This document shows positions 10,701-19,763 of a stretch of 32,000 bases of DNA, piece by piece (position 1 is the first letter of the stretch; each line of letters opens with the position of its first letter). The notes beneath the pieces are model-generated. The model made no database searches. It had not been told where the DNA came from and saw only the letters and a list, made by a program, of their open reading frames with translations. A program made the translations under genes and the position numbers. This stretch comes from an uncultured Candidatus Saccharibacteria bacterium (lineage in GTDB: Bacteria > Patescibacteriota > UBA1384 > XYA2-FULL-43-10 > 1-14-0-10-43-13), in the NCBI GenBank assembly GCA_964543385.1, contig CAZIYE010000003.1, positions 1 to 32,000 on the forward strand. Reading direction: 5' to 3'.

Positions 10701-11065
10701 ACGTCTAGAGAGATAATGTCTTTTGTTGGCGCATGATAAAAACCCATACCAGCGATAAGCTTGAACTTGGCATTTTTGCGGTATTGCAAGAAGGAAACAA
10801 GGTCAGTATAACGGCCATCCTGGTTGATCCACTGCAACATCTCATCTCTGTATGGCCATAATTCTTTAGGGACATCATTTTCGTCTTTTTCTTCCCTTTC
10901 CGGTTTTTCTGGTGGTTTGGTCGGGTCTTCTGGATCGGGATCTGGCGGCTCGGGACGATCCGCCATTCTTTGCATACCAAAATCAGCCCGATCTTCTGGC
11001 ATTCCCAAATCGGCCGCTGGATTTATTTTTGGCTCTTCGCCAGTTTTCCCAAAAAATTCGGGCAC
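7778..11065 (-). CDS. VWA-domain protein with N-terminal zincin-like (HEFAH) region and long charged linker; GTG start
   Basis: C-terminal LRVLLLVDNSGSMSGNLD (MIDAS DxSxS) and later IIFQISDGA; N-terminal FGAMHEFAHLKTM ... YNICEDAIVNSLVFG; middle low-complexity acidic region. GTG start preceded by GGAGGG. Confidence 0.93.
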   Translation of the reverse strand: MPEFFGKTGEEPKINPAADLGMPEDRADFGMQRMADRPEPPDPDPEDPTKPPEKPEREEKDENDVPKELWPYRDEMLQWINQDGRYTDLVSFLQYRKNAKFKLIAGMGFYHAPTKDIISLDVTEFKKMREERGMTSAQIMFGAMHEFAHLKTMGELDLAGKYNELEQFNYEKKKGYFVRNEQGEKVRMSAASMYRQYYNICEDAIVNSLVFGTGIYGRTLTENSRRNNQEVVDLYTNQFFPVYLEVGENNGDFVYMPQMEQLGQNPLINVDEGKGNIRVAEKEDYGQGFDWDKTVPKMNRSSQFVTYFMKNQMTGLSTNEVFDESKNPEGKHKLNEDVGVIYTRPLSEAYKMLLERFVQKYKDDPDKLSLYLDFMSDQIKVPFYDLKGGKKNYVRDEVYVNVAEVGKNGPVYSDYQRIDINFATQLFERKIRDSLKQLGLPFDFSKISNVKYMDIFNLFKQVDRSRTVFGTKPLKYNLVTRTRAIRNILEPLYSLLCVLDDSFKSELPPEPQKGDGKGGGEGGEPPEIEEAPDWQPGDKVKNKDRQSPNFGKKGIITKVLRNEEGITSVEVEYLDEKNKMADGSKLAGITETITSPINDKLKVIKKKSNEKQRKSDFTDDRDTEYEEDGEEKEKEPGDEETEDKDGDDQDDGESEDKGQPKKQDNQPASEPGQPGSAGAEQEPQNIDEVVSDYEKALREMIEQDERDETIKEVESEKRSPEYQKKKTQNDKFKRLLDQLKDNQPASQEQESRPLPPQEMVDKFLELEEKLRVPANKMAEAWLQIIKNISRKIDTIVDKYYRQGKPDIKRLQKLLPEIEFGADIDRRLIHSLIVEKIKAELKPKMLRVLLLVDNSGSMSGNLDAVRMSVMLLNSSLRNFRKNFQQVVGGAVTENIDEMDVVCDTEIWLFGDRVSLIKPFSVTDFSFLTDKTKSGARPTLLQMAETETVSTIRAFQRMNAKDGDTRDALAWSRIALAHDQNPKLKELLNSGYLSEIIFQISDGASISHQEIDHNTGITANTFDAMKYLRENYAIGTGAMGIGAGAVEGLRSRYGENVIPANNPDEIAEKFSAFLTQIIESQIEKPMMETLEKIENNL
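8492..8512 (-). other. VWA MIDAS motif DNSGSMS
   Basis: Reverse complement GATAACTCTGGAAGTATGAGT. Confidence 0.9.
10619..10633 (-). other. HExxH-type motif (HEFAH) in the N-terminal part of the VWA protein
   Basis: Reverse complement CATGAATTTGCCCAT. Confidence 0.8.
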
Positions 11066-11132
11066 AGAATATCCCTCCGGAAATCTGATATTTCAATTTA
11101 AATTATAGCAATTTGTTGATGAAATAACAAAA

Positions 11133-12500
11133 CTATTCTAAGTCAATTAATTTTGTCTTGCCAGGATTCTCAGGATCGGCAACCCGCATTAATATCAGCC
11201 CGCCAGTCTTGTCTTTGGAAATCAAAGACTTGGCTTCTTCAATAGTTAAGTCTTCGATTTCTAGAACAATAGCGCCACCCGTCATCAGATAGCCAATATT
11301 ATCAACTCTCTGTCGCAAAACAATCAAATTTCTCTGCAATCCAGCAGTCGGATTCGTATCTTTTAACTCAGCATCTGCTGTGATGATAAATGAATTCTGA
11401 TCTTTATGTTGAATCAAAGATGAGTAAAATATTTCATTATCGCCGGATAGTTCGACTAACCCGGTACCATCAGGAGTTATGTACTTTGGCACAAGAGAAT
11501 TGTCTTCTAGAGACAAAGGGTGCCTGTCATCGGCAGTTGTCTCAAATTTATCAGCAAGAACTTCACCGCCTTCTATGGCACCAAAGCCTACAGCTTCATC
11601 GAAATAAACAAAACCATTCTTCATACCGCGACAACAATCCTCCCCAGCTTTTTCAACGTACCCACTGCCACCATGCATATAAGTAAACGCCCGGTCTCCT
11701 ATTTTATTTGCCTTTGCTTTGCCGCCATCCATTGAGGAACAAAAATTATCGCCGGCTTCCAAAACTACTAATTCGCCGCCTTTCATCGAAGTACCACAAC
11801 CTTCCCCAGCATGGTCGATAATAATCTTACCCCCTGTCATGGAAATACCAGCAGAATCTCCGGCCTCAACTGCCTTTAGACTACCGTTTTTCATGATCGC
11901 TCCAAAAAAGTTTCCTGCTTTAACAACTTGGAGATCGGCTCTTGGATTATCCAGCCCTATGACAAAATAATCAGATAGCGGTTTTGGAATATCATTTATT
12001 ATTATTTTTTCGCCATCACACCCGAGGTTTAAAAAAATCGTGTTTACGATCTGCGCAAATATTGTTTTCATGTCCCCCTTGACCTCACTTCCAAATGAAT
12101 ATTTGTCAGCTAGCTTAACAATGTCTGCATAAAAGCGACTCCGAAGATACTCTTTCAAAAAGCGTTTATAATATTTGCTGTTTAATTTTATTGCCGGTAA
12201 ATTTTCTCTATTAAATCGGCTTGCAATCCTTGCCATGATTTCAGGAATCAGCATTTCGCCTTCTTCTCTATCATCGTCATCTAGCTTGTCTATATAAGCT
12301 TTCAGATCGCTAATGATTTCGCCTCTTTTGTCTTCAAGATCACGCAAAAATACCTTATCAATGCAGGTTAAGTTTTCTACAAACTCTTTTATCCCGAGTG
12401 CTTCGTCAATGCGAAGAGAATCTTGATTCATGGCGATATCAAAAGATTTCTTTTTGACTGACAGAGTTTCAATAACTTTTGTGATTTCTTGGCAATTCAT
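11133..12500 (-). CDS. Array member: MNCQEITK module plus GXGXG-type beta-helix body
   Basis: MNCQEITKVIETLSVKKKSFDIA...; repeats such as GISMTGGKIIIDHAGEGCGTSMKGGELVVLEAGDNFCSSMDGG; C-terminal tail GKTKLIDLE. Confidence 0.88.
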   Translation of the reverse strand: MNCQEITKVIETLSVKKKSFDIAMNQDSLRIDEALGIKEFVENLTCIDKVFLRDLEDKRGEIISDLKAYIDKLDDDDREEGEMLIPEIMARIASRFNRENLPAIKLNSKYYKRFLKEYLRSRFYADIVKLADKYSFGSEVKGDMKTIFAQIVNTIFLNLGCDGEKIIINDIPKPLSDYFVIGLDNPRADLQVVKAGNFFGAIMKNGSLKAVEAGDSAGISMTGGKIIIDHAGEGCGTSMKGGELVVLEAGDNFCSSMDGGKAKANKIGDRAFTYMHGGSGYVEKAGEDCCRGMKNGFVYFDEAVGFGAIEGGEVLADKFETTADDRHPLSLEDNSLVPKYITPDGTGLVELSGDNEIFYSSLIQHKDQNSFIITADAELKDTNPTAGLQRNLIVLRQRVDNIGYLMTGGAIVLEIEDLTIEEAKSLISKDKTGGLILMRVADPENPGKTKLIDLE

Positions 12501-13549
12501 TCTTGTACAGCCTTTCCGTTCTTAAAATCCATCTTTCTTCCATGACGATCTATATAATACGACTTGCCTCTGTCAGTAACACCGGCTAATCCTTCGGAAA
12601 AAGAATTGGCAAAGGTGTATCTCTTTCCGGAAATCGGCTTGCCTAACTTATTAATAAAAAAATATCCGCCATCATCCGCAACACGCGCCCGGCCTTCGGA
12701 AAAATTTAAGGCATTAATATATGTTTCGGGAAAAAACTGCTTGCCTTGTTCATTTATAAAAATCTTCCTGCCACCCTTGGCCACGCTGGCTAAACCTTCG
12801 GAAAATTCAGGGGGAATACTACTTAATTCCTCCGGCGGTATATGTCTGCCAGTGATATCAATATAAAACCTCACGCCGCCCTTTTGGACGCGAGCCATAC
12901 CTTTTACAAAGAAGGCCTCGTCGTCGAATGTTTCTTCAATAGCCGACTGCCCGTATGTGTCAATAAAACGCCATTGTGGCCCTTCAAGAGGTTTTCCTTC
13001 CTCGTATACGGTTGCCAGACCTTCTGAAAAAGATTTTGCGTGTTTGAATTTTCCCGGAAAGGCTTGTTGGCCCGAATGGTCAATATAAAAATACTCTCCG
13101 TCATTTTTGACTAACGCTAAGCCATCTGAAAAAGAAGAACCATCTTCGTAGTCTTCCTCGAAAACTCGACGGCCTTCTTTGTTTATAAAAAAGAACTTCC
13201 GTTCGTAATTCACTACTGCCAGACCTTCGGAAAAAGGGCCGATTTCCCAATATTCTGGGGTAATAAGATTTCCATTTCGGTCTACTAGAAGCCATCGGCT
13301 TCCCCTTTGAACTCTCGCAACACCATCGTCAAATGTAGAAATAAAATCAGCTCCAAGCTTTTTACCCAGTTTAAGTCTAAGTTGCAACTCAAAGGGATCG
13401 GTTATAACCTCAATCTCATGAATCTCCGCCACCAATTCTGCTCTTTGCTTCATCCCTGCCGCCACATCATTACGATCTAATGTTTGCTTAAAAATTTCTT
13501 TTTTAGATTGAATGTTTTGTATTTTCTTTGTTATTTCTTGGCATTTCAT
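12497..13549 (-). CDS. Array member: MKCQEITK module plus WG-repeat body
   Basis: MKCQEITKKIQNIQSKKEIF; repeated 'FsEGLAxV...YIDxxGk' units (RWLLVDRNGNLITPEYWEIGPFSEGLAVV, YYIDHSGQQAFPGKFKHAKSFSEGLATV). Confidence 0.9.
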   Translation of the reverse strand: MKCQEITKKIQNIQSKKEIFKQTLDRNDVAAGMKQRAELVAEIHEIEVITDPFELQLRLKLGKKLGADFISTFDDGVARVQRGSRWLLVDRNGNLITPEYWEIGPFSEGLAVVNYERKFFFINKEGRRVFEEDYEDGSSFSDGLALVKNDGEYFYIDHSGQQAFPGKFKHAKSFSEGLATVYEEGKPLEGPQWRFIDTYGQSAIEETFDDEAFFVKGMARVQKGGVRFYIDITGRHIPPEELSSIPPEFSEGLASVAKGGRKIFINEQGKQFFPETYINALNFSEGRARVADDGGYFFINKLGKPISGKRYTFANSFSEGLAGVTDRGKSYYIDRHGRKMDFKNGKAVQE

Positions 13550-13554
13550 TATTA

Positions 13555-14412
13555 TTAAATCCTTTCAACATCTTGGCGAGCAAACATTAAAAAGCGAATC
13601 AATACTTTTTCCTTATACCGAGCGTTGCGTTTATAGATCCATGTTAGCCAAAAAGGTGTATCTGCGTAAGTATCAGAGTGATATCCTATAACCCTTGCAG
13701 GCTCACGATACTTTGAATGTTCACATTGCTCAGCTAGAAGCAACACGCCGCCGCCATTTCTTCCATAATCATCCATAAAACTGTCGTTTTTTAGATAATG
13801 GTAAATCTGATGGAGTAGGTATTCCTTACGGGTATAACCGTCTAAATCTGGATTTTTTGCAGAAACCTCTCTTGCCATATCCGAAAAAGCAACTGGATAG
13901 CAAGGTTGGTTATTGGAGTGGGCATCTTTTGCCAGTTCTTGTGGCTTCGTATAGACAATATAGCTTCTTTGTGGACGCGGAGAACTAGTAATTTTGTCTT
14001 CGTCACCTTCATCGACAGGACTATAATCTTCTCTTATAAAATAATTATTTAATTTCAATTGTTCGTCCGCCGGCACCTTCAAATCAAGGGTGTCTAAGAT
14101 AACAATTGGCTGAGTATAACCTTCTCGCTCTGCGATTTCTTTCGATTCGGGACTCAGATCGAGAAGTTCACCGTTTTTATATAATTCAGAAATATTTACC
14201 TCTACCCCAAGCCAATCGTATAATTTCTGATTTCTATTAATCATTTTAAATTTTTCGGTTACTTCCAGAATATCCTGTCGATTTAATATCTCGGTCAGCT
14301 TACTCTTAATATTAAGAGCCCCCTCAATCTCGTTATCATCGACAAAATCACTAAATTCATCTCGAGAGCTCTTTATCTCGGTGATTATTTGTGTTATTTC
14401 TTGGCAATTCAT
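13555..14412 (-). CDS. Array member: MNCQEITQ module plus class III body
   Basis: MNCQEITQIITEIKSSRDEFSDF; body EIAEREGYTQPIVILDTLDLK ... YTRKEYLLHQIYHYLKNDSF resembles 3399..4484 and 16628..17617. Confidence 0.8.
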   Translation of the reverse strand: MNCQEITQIITEIKSSRDEFSDFVDDNEIEGALNIKSKLTEILNRQDILEVTEKFKMINRNQKLYDWLGVEVNISELYKNGELLDLSPESKEIAEREGYTQPIVILDTLDLKVPADEQLKLNNYFIREDYSPVDEGDEDKITSSPRPQRSYIVYTKPQELAKDAHSNNQPCYPVAFSDMAREVSAKNPDLDGYTRKEYLLHQIYHYLKNDSFMDDYGRNGGGVLLLAEQCEHSKYREPARVIGYHSDTYADTPFWLTWIYKRNARYKEKVLIRFLMFARQDVERI

Positions 14413-16631
14413 AGTGGCAAAACCAATCTATTGCAAGATCTTGGTGGGTCGCACCGTCCTGGATCAGCCAAACCAAGGTACATATGTGGAGAATCTGGCG
14501 TCGACCCATCGTCACGTTGAACAAAAGGGATTAAATTAGGAGATGTTTTGAGCTTACAGTTTGTAAAAAGCAGTCTATCGCTCCAGCCGCCTTTGTCAAT
14601 TATGCCTTTCCCCTCTGTCAGACAGGTCATAGCGTAAATAAGCCAAGTTTCAGGTATTTGACCAGATATGCCCGCATACTTATGTGTCCACATTTTCTGA
14701 GCAAATTCCCTATAAGATTGATTCTTTTCTTTATAAATATACGGTCTAGCGATGCTGAAATCTTTAAGATACGTTATATCTTCGCTCAATACCACCTGCC
14801 AAGCAAATCCATCACCAATTAGCTCCAATTTGCTCCCGTTATTTTGTGGCGAGAGAGAATAAATCAAATCACCTGTAGTATCACTATCTATCAGATCATC
14901 TTTTACGCGGACAGGATCGGTTTTATCAATATATATTGGCCGATCGTTAAGCTTGTTCATGAATCTGCCGTTGTCGTCTGAATGCAAAATCAAGTTTTTA
15001 TATTTTTCCACTAGAGAATTAATAGATACTCCAAATGGAATAAGAAGCAATTTTTTAAAACCCCCGTCTATATTCTTCTCAAAAAAATCAAGGCTATCCT
15101 TTTTCATTCTACTCACTATTTCGATGTATTTTGGAACAGAGTATTCCTCACCATCAATGCCAATAATTCCTTCGGAGCCATCTGAGAGCTTTTGAAGAAT
15201 ATTGTTGTCACGAAGTAAATTCAATTGTGAATCATATTGTTCTCTCAGTTTGATTTTTTCCGCAAGTAGCAAGGCAGGTATAATTTCCGTTAATTTAATA
15301 GCCAAATGCTCGATATCTTCCTTCACTTTCAAAGCTGAAGGTATATCCGGTAGCCCATAAGCTGTATCAAAAGAATTTTTCTTGATAGAAAGTGTTTTAA
15401 TATATTGGAGGTAATTTTGTCCACCTAATCGTGCCATTATGACTCCGTCAATTCCCTCATTGAAAAAATTTATAGAATCAAAAGAGTCCGAAAAGGTGTG
15501 TCCATCAACATCTGCCTCCTGCCAGCCTCCTTGAGTCAAAACCCAGATGACGCCTGACTTGGAAACATCAATCTCCTTAAATCCTTTGCTAGAAAGCAAT
15601 CGGGTTTCGTGATTTAATATAAACCATTTATCACCAATCTTTACGGTTGCAAAGTCCTTGTTGTACGCTCCAGTTTGATCGTATGTACCACCGTCGACTG
15701 ATTCAAAATTTTTATCAATAAACTGCAATTTACCGTTTTCCAAAACGGGAGCAATTCCACCGTTAAAATCCAATGCCTTTTGGAAATTTTTCGATACCTT
15801 TTCGCCTTTTTTATTGATATAGAAAGAATCATCTCCTTGTGTCACAGCCAAAAGATCTTCTTGAAAATAAGTTCCCATGAAATGATCGTACTCTTCTTCG
15901 TTGATTCTCTGGCCATTTTCACCGACAAAAAAAGTTTTGCCATCGCTCGTAAAAGCGATGGGGAAGCCATGGAAGTGTATCACCGAAGTAGCATACTCTT
16001 CGCCCAATCTCTGAAAGTTCTTATCGATCAGAAAAAATTGTTTGTTGTTTCTAACACAAGCGAAATCTTTGTTCTGGAAACCATAAGTATCATCATATTC
16101 ACTGCTAATCTTATCACCGGATTGATCGATAAAATATGATTTTCCATCTTTGCGCACACAAGCCAAACAGACTGATGGATCCTCCAAAATTATCCTATCA
16201 TAATCACCTGGCAATTGCTCCGACTGCTTACCGTATTTGTCGATAAAATGATATTTCTTGTCTTCTACCGCAAAGGTCGGCTCACCTGTTTGATCTGAAA
16301 AGCGGATATCTTCAAATTCTTTATCATTTATTATTCTCCCATAAAAATCTAGAAGAATTGATTTGCCATTTGGTAGTCTGAGACTGCCTAAACCAGATTT
16401 CCCAAAGTATGGTAAATCGTGCGGTTTGTTTTTTTTGATCTTTTGGCAAACACCTGCCAAAATCTGAGCTCTTACTCGAAAATCGGCGGCAAAAAAGGGG
16501 TAAAATAAGGGTGATTCCCTTAAGAGAAATTCTCGATAGCCGGCCAAGTCTTTATTCCTGACAATCATAGTTCCTTCTTCTTGGCTAGCCGCTAATTCTT
16601 TGATTTTTTGTGTTATTTCTTGGCAGTTCAT
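14409..16631 (-). CDS. Array member, apparent fusion: MNCQEITQ module + WG repeats + second (degenerate) N-module + class III body
   Basis: MNCQEITQKIKELAAS; WG-type repeats (YFIDQSGDKISSEYDDTYGFQNKDFACVRN); then IKTLSIKKNSFDTAYGLPDIPSALKVKEDI closely resembling the N-terminus of 11133..12500; then GGFKKLLLIPFGVSINSL. Confidence 0.85.
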   Translation of the reverse strand: MNCQEITQKIKELAASQEEGTMIVRNKDLAGYREFLLRESPLFYPFFAADFRVRAQILAGVCQKIKKNKPHDLPYFGKSGLGSLRLPNGKSILLDFYGRIINDKEFEDIRFSDQTGEPTFAVEDKKYHFIDKYGKQSEQLPGDYDRIILEDPSVCLACVRKDGKSYFIDQSGDKISSEYDDTYGFQNKDFACVRNNKQFFLIDKNFQRLGEEYATSVIHFHGFPIAFTSDGKTFFVGENGQRINEEEYDHFMGTYFQEDLLAVTQGDDSFYINKKGEKVSKNFQKALDFNGGIAPVLENGKLQFIDKNFESVDGGTYDQTGAYNKDFATVKIGDKWFILNHETRLLSSKGFKEIDVSKSGVIWVLTQGGWQEADVDGHTFSDSFDSINFFNEGIDGVIMARLGGQNYLQYIKTLSIKKNSFDTAYGLPDIPSALKVKEDIEHLAIKLTEIIPALLLAEKIKLREQYDSQLNLLRDNNILQKLSDGSEGIIGIDGEEYSVPKYIEIVSRMKKDSLDFFEKNIDGGFKKLLLIPFGVSINSLVEKYKNLILHSDDNGRFMNKLNDRPIYIDKTDPVRVKDDLIDSDTTGDLIYSLSPQNNGSKLELIGDGFAWQVVLSEDITYLKDFSIARPYIYKEKNQSYREFAQKMWTHKYAGISGQIPETWLIYAMTCLTEGKGIIDKGGWSDRLLFTNCKLKTSPNLIPFVQRDDGSTPDSPHMYLGLADPGRCDPPRSCNRLVLPL

Positions 16632-17617
16632 TGTTCTGTCTTTCTAACTGCTTCTTCTACTGATTTCGGATATACCGCAAGCTGTACTCTATCAAATGCA
16701 TTAAAGTCATTACCACCCCAAAACCCTCCTGCGTTTCTTATTCTCAAATCTTGTAATTCATCTGCCATTTCATGACTGTGCCACCAAATATTTAAGAATT
16801 CTGGCGCATAGGGCCTTCCATCTGCTTCAATCCACTTTTCTTTTGTTAGTAGGAGGGGATTGTCGATGGATAGAAACTCTGCCAACTCGCCCCATAGCTG
16901 ACCGTCGGCGTTACGTCTCGCAATTAAATCTGTCGCCTTCTTATATCTATTAATAAGAAGCATGACGCCCTGTTCTAGTGTTAGCCCATCAATAAACAAA
17001 TCGTCTTTTTTCATTTCTTGGCACATTGTATCAATAGCAGGCAAAATCTCACTTGCTTTTTTGTGTTCAAGCTCAGGAAAGGCGTTTTTTCCGTCAAATT
17101 CCTTTTTTACCAAGAGTGTATAAAGTTGCTTGGGACAAGTGGCGTTTCGCCCCTCTTCAGTATTCATCAATGACTCATATTCGCTCGGATTACTTGAACT
17201 GTTATTCCACACACCAGCCATACGGTCATTGTCCGGGTTTAAATCCAATCGGATAGCTTCTGAGGCTTTTTGACACAGAGCGATCCGGTCGATTTGGCCA
17301 GGGATGATTAATATTTCCGAGAAACCATGTTTTTTTGACTCCGCATATTCCTCATTCGTTGGTAACAATATATTTCCAGTAAAAATTTCATTCTTGAGGT
17401 TGATTCCAAGATCAAGCCAATCAAAAACTGGACGAGATTGTTCTGTTGCTTTTTTGATTGCTTCGAGACACTCACCGGAACGGTTCCAAATTTCAAAATC
17501 AATCTCCTTAAGTATTCGCTTGGAATCATCAAAATCATGGCTGTATTGTTTTTGAGCCATCTCAGCATTTAATCTATGAATATTCGTGACTTTCTGTGTT
17601 ATTTCTTGGCAGTTCAT
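16628..17617 (-). CDS. Array member: MNCQEITQ module plus class III body
   Basis: MNCQEITQKVTNIHRLNAEMAQ; YAESKKHGFSEILIIPGQIDRIAL aligns with the GFtqPLLVPFG region of the other class III members. Confidence 0.75.
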   Translation of the reverse strand: MNCQEITQKVTNIHRLNAEMAQKQYSHDFDDSKRILKEIDFEIWNRSGECLEAIKKATEQSRPVFDWLDLGINLKNEIFTGNILLPTNEEYAESKKHGFSEILIIPGQIDRIALCQKASEAIRLDLNPDNDRMAGVWNNSSSNPSEYESLMNTEEGRNATCPKQLYTLLVKKEFDGKNAFPELEHKKASEILPAIDTMCQEMKKDDLFIDGLTLEQGVMLLINRYKKATDLIARRNADGQLWGELAEFLSIDNPLLLTKEKWIEADGRPYAPEFLNIWWHSHEMADELQDLRIRNAGGFWGGNDFNAFDRVQLAVYPKSVEEAVRKTEQ

Positions 17618-18720
17618 TGTTTTTTCTCACCCCATTTTAAAACTACACCACCCTCATGGGAAGAGTATAAGACACCATTGGCATAGCAAAGATTTCTAAC
17701 AGCTTTGTCAGATTTTTGTAAAATCGTTCTTTCCGGACACCCAGCTGTTGGTTCTGAAATCACAATTGCACCATTATGTATTCCTCGAGCAATTTTACCA
17801 TCTGGCAAAATAATAATTCTTTTAGTTTCCCATGATAAATCTTCTACCAGCAGCGTTGGGCTCTCGGGCTGATTTTTGTTAACCATATAAATTGCTCCAC
17901 CGTCTGCAACAACATACTCGCTGTCTGAGATATTTGAGACTGAGTTAACTTTACTCAATAATGATATTTCATTTGATTGAATTGAGTTTGAGTTTGGATT
18001 ATAAATCATCTGTACGACCCGTCCCAGTCCTCTGTTTGCACAAAAAACAAATTCGCCATCACCAAGCGGAACGATTTCAGCTTCCGGTGTAAGATCTTCG
18101 ATTGTTTGATGAACATCAGGCTCTGGATTTATATTGCCGTCTTCATTAACTTTCCAGGCATAGATACGGTCAGATCTAAGGCTGACCAGCCAGCCGTTAG
18201 CGCAGATGATGCTGCGTTCATCTCCTTCAAGTGGGGAGCTTTCCTGAATAATTTTACTTGATTTTAGGTCAACAACCGCCATATGCTTTGAACCAAATAG
18301 CTCGACCGCAATGAAGTCTTTGCTTAGCTGTGCAATATTATCAGTGAAGTCCTCTGCGTTTTCCAAAATATCAATTTTTATTTTTTCCCGTTTGCCGTTC
18401 CTAGGATTGAGCTGCATCAATAGATCTTTCCATGAGTCCTTTTGCAAAGTTATATTTAGCCAGACTTTATTGTTTATTTTTGTCAGTTGGGCGGCGGTTT
18501 GAACGGGATTGTTATATTCCTTCGCTATATCTATCTTATCCAATATCTCGACTCTCTCCCAATTAACTTGGCGCTCGGGGATACGGTTCTCAACAAAACG
18601 ATCAATTTTCTTGCTTTGGCTAATTGCTTCATCAAAATTGCCATTATTAAAAGCGTTTATAAAATCCTTGAACAGATCATTGGTCTCGGTGATTAATTTT
18701 GTTATTTCCTGGCAGTTCAT
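17614..18720 (-). CDS. Array member: MNCQEITK module plus beta-propeller-like body
   Basis: MNCQEITKLITETNDLFKDFINAF; blade-like repeats (GWLVSLRSDRIYAWKVNEDGN; GDGEFVFCANRGLGRVVQMIYN; NGVLYSSHEGGVVLKWGEKKQ). Confidence 0.8.
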   Translation of the reverse strand: MNCQEITKLITETNDLFKDFINAFNNGNFDEAISQSKKIDRFVENRIPERQVNWERVEILDKIDIAKEYNNPVQTAAQLTKINNKVWLNITLQKDSWKDLLMQLNPRNGKREKIKIDILENAEDFTDNIAQLSKDFIAVELFGSKHMAVVDLKSSKIIQESSPLEGDERSIICANGWLVSLRSDRIYAWKVNEDGNINPEPDVHQTIEDLTPEAEIVPLGDGEFVFCANRGLGRVVQMIYNPNSNSIQSNEISLLSKVNSVSNISDSEYVVADGGAIYMVNKNQPESPTLLVEDLSWETKRIIILPDGKIARGIHNGAIVISEPTAGCPERTILQKSDKAVRNLCYANGVLYSSHEGGVVLKWGEKKQ

Positions 18721-19763
18721 TTATTTTTCGCCCCAAATTTAACTCTCCTACCTTTGCAGTCAATATAAAACTCTTTGCCACCTTTCTTAACAGCAGCAAC
18801 GCCATCATAAAATTCTTGCGCATCATCATATGTATCTTGAAAAACTAGCTGACCACTTTTATTAACATAAAACCACCTGCCATCTTTTTTAACCGGCGCC
18901 AACCCTAAGAAAAAATCTTTGATTTCGTCAAATCTTTCGTCGTAAATAGGTTTGCAAGATTTATCAATGTGAAAAGATTCGCCGTTATTTTTAACCCGGG
19001 CGATACCATCAGAAAAGGTATAGGCGTTGTCAAATGTTTCACTGGAAATTGGGGATCCACTGGTGTCAATGTAAAACCACCGATTATTGTTCAAAACCCT
19101 AGCTATCCCATCTGAAAATCTATTAGCTTGATCAAATGTCTTGCCGTTAAACATTGAATGACCTGCTTTATCGATATAAGACCATTTTTTATTCTTCCGA
19201 ACTGGTGCCAAACCATCTCCAAATTCATCAACCCAATCATAGTCACCTTCAAAATAGTGCTTACCGAAGGTGTCGATAAAATGCCACTTTCCTTCTGGAT
19301 TCCATGACTTCCCCTTTTCTTGCTCGATTATGACCCTAGCCATACCATCATTAAAACGGCTCGCTGACTCAAAAACTTCGCTAAAAGCTTGTTCACCATT
19401 CCTGTTGATATGTACAAAATCGCCGTTTCTTTTCGCCAAAGGGATGTCATCACGGTATTCGGCAATATGGTCAGAGGTCTTGCTGGATATCAGATCGCCC
19501 GTCTCATCAATCAAAAACCATGACCCATCCTTTTCCGCCCTAGCCAAACCTTCAGAAAACGATGAGATATAAGTGGCATCAAGCCTTTGGGATAATGCAA
19601 CCCGGCGGGCAATCTCTCGAGAATATGGATCGCATTTTTCAGCCATTTCTTGAATTTCTTTTGTCAACGCCAGAGACTCTGTTATTCTATCCTTGGGCTG
19701 ATCGATAATATCGAGATTATCGGCGATTTTTATAATAAATTTTGTTATTTCCTGGCAGTTCAT
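18717..19763 (-). CDS. Array member: MNCQEITK module plus WG-repeat body
   Basis: MNCQEITKFIIKIADNLDII; repeats SWFLIDETGDLIS, KWSYIDKAGHSMFNGKTFDQANRFSDGIARVLNNNRWFYIDTSG. Confidence 0.9.
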   Translation of the reverse strand: MNCQEITKFIIKIADNLDIIDQPKDRITESLALTKEIQEMAEKCDPYSREIARRVALSQRLDATYISSFSEGLARAEKDGSWFLIDETGDLISSKTSDHIAEYRDDIPLAKRNGDFVHINRNGEQAFSEVFESASRFNDGMARVIIEQEKGKSWNPEGKWHFIDTFGKHYFEGDYDWVDEFGDGLAPVRKNKKWSYIDKAGHSMFNGKTFDQANRFSDGIARVLNNNRWFYIDTSGSPISSETFDNAYTFSDGIARVKNNGESFHIDKSCKPIYDERFDEIKDFFLGLAPVKKDGRWFYVNKSGQLVFQDTYDDAQEFYDGVAAVKKGGKEFYIDCKGRRVKFGAKNK

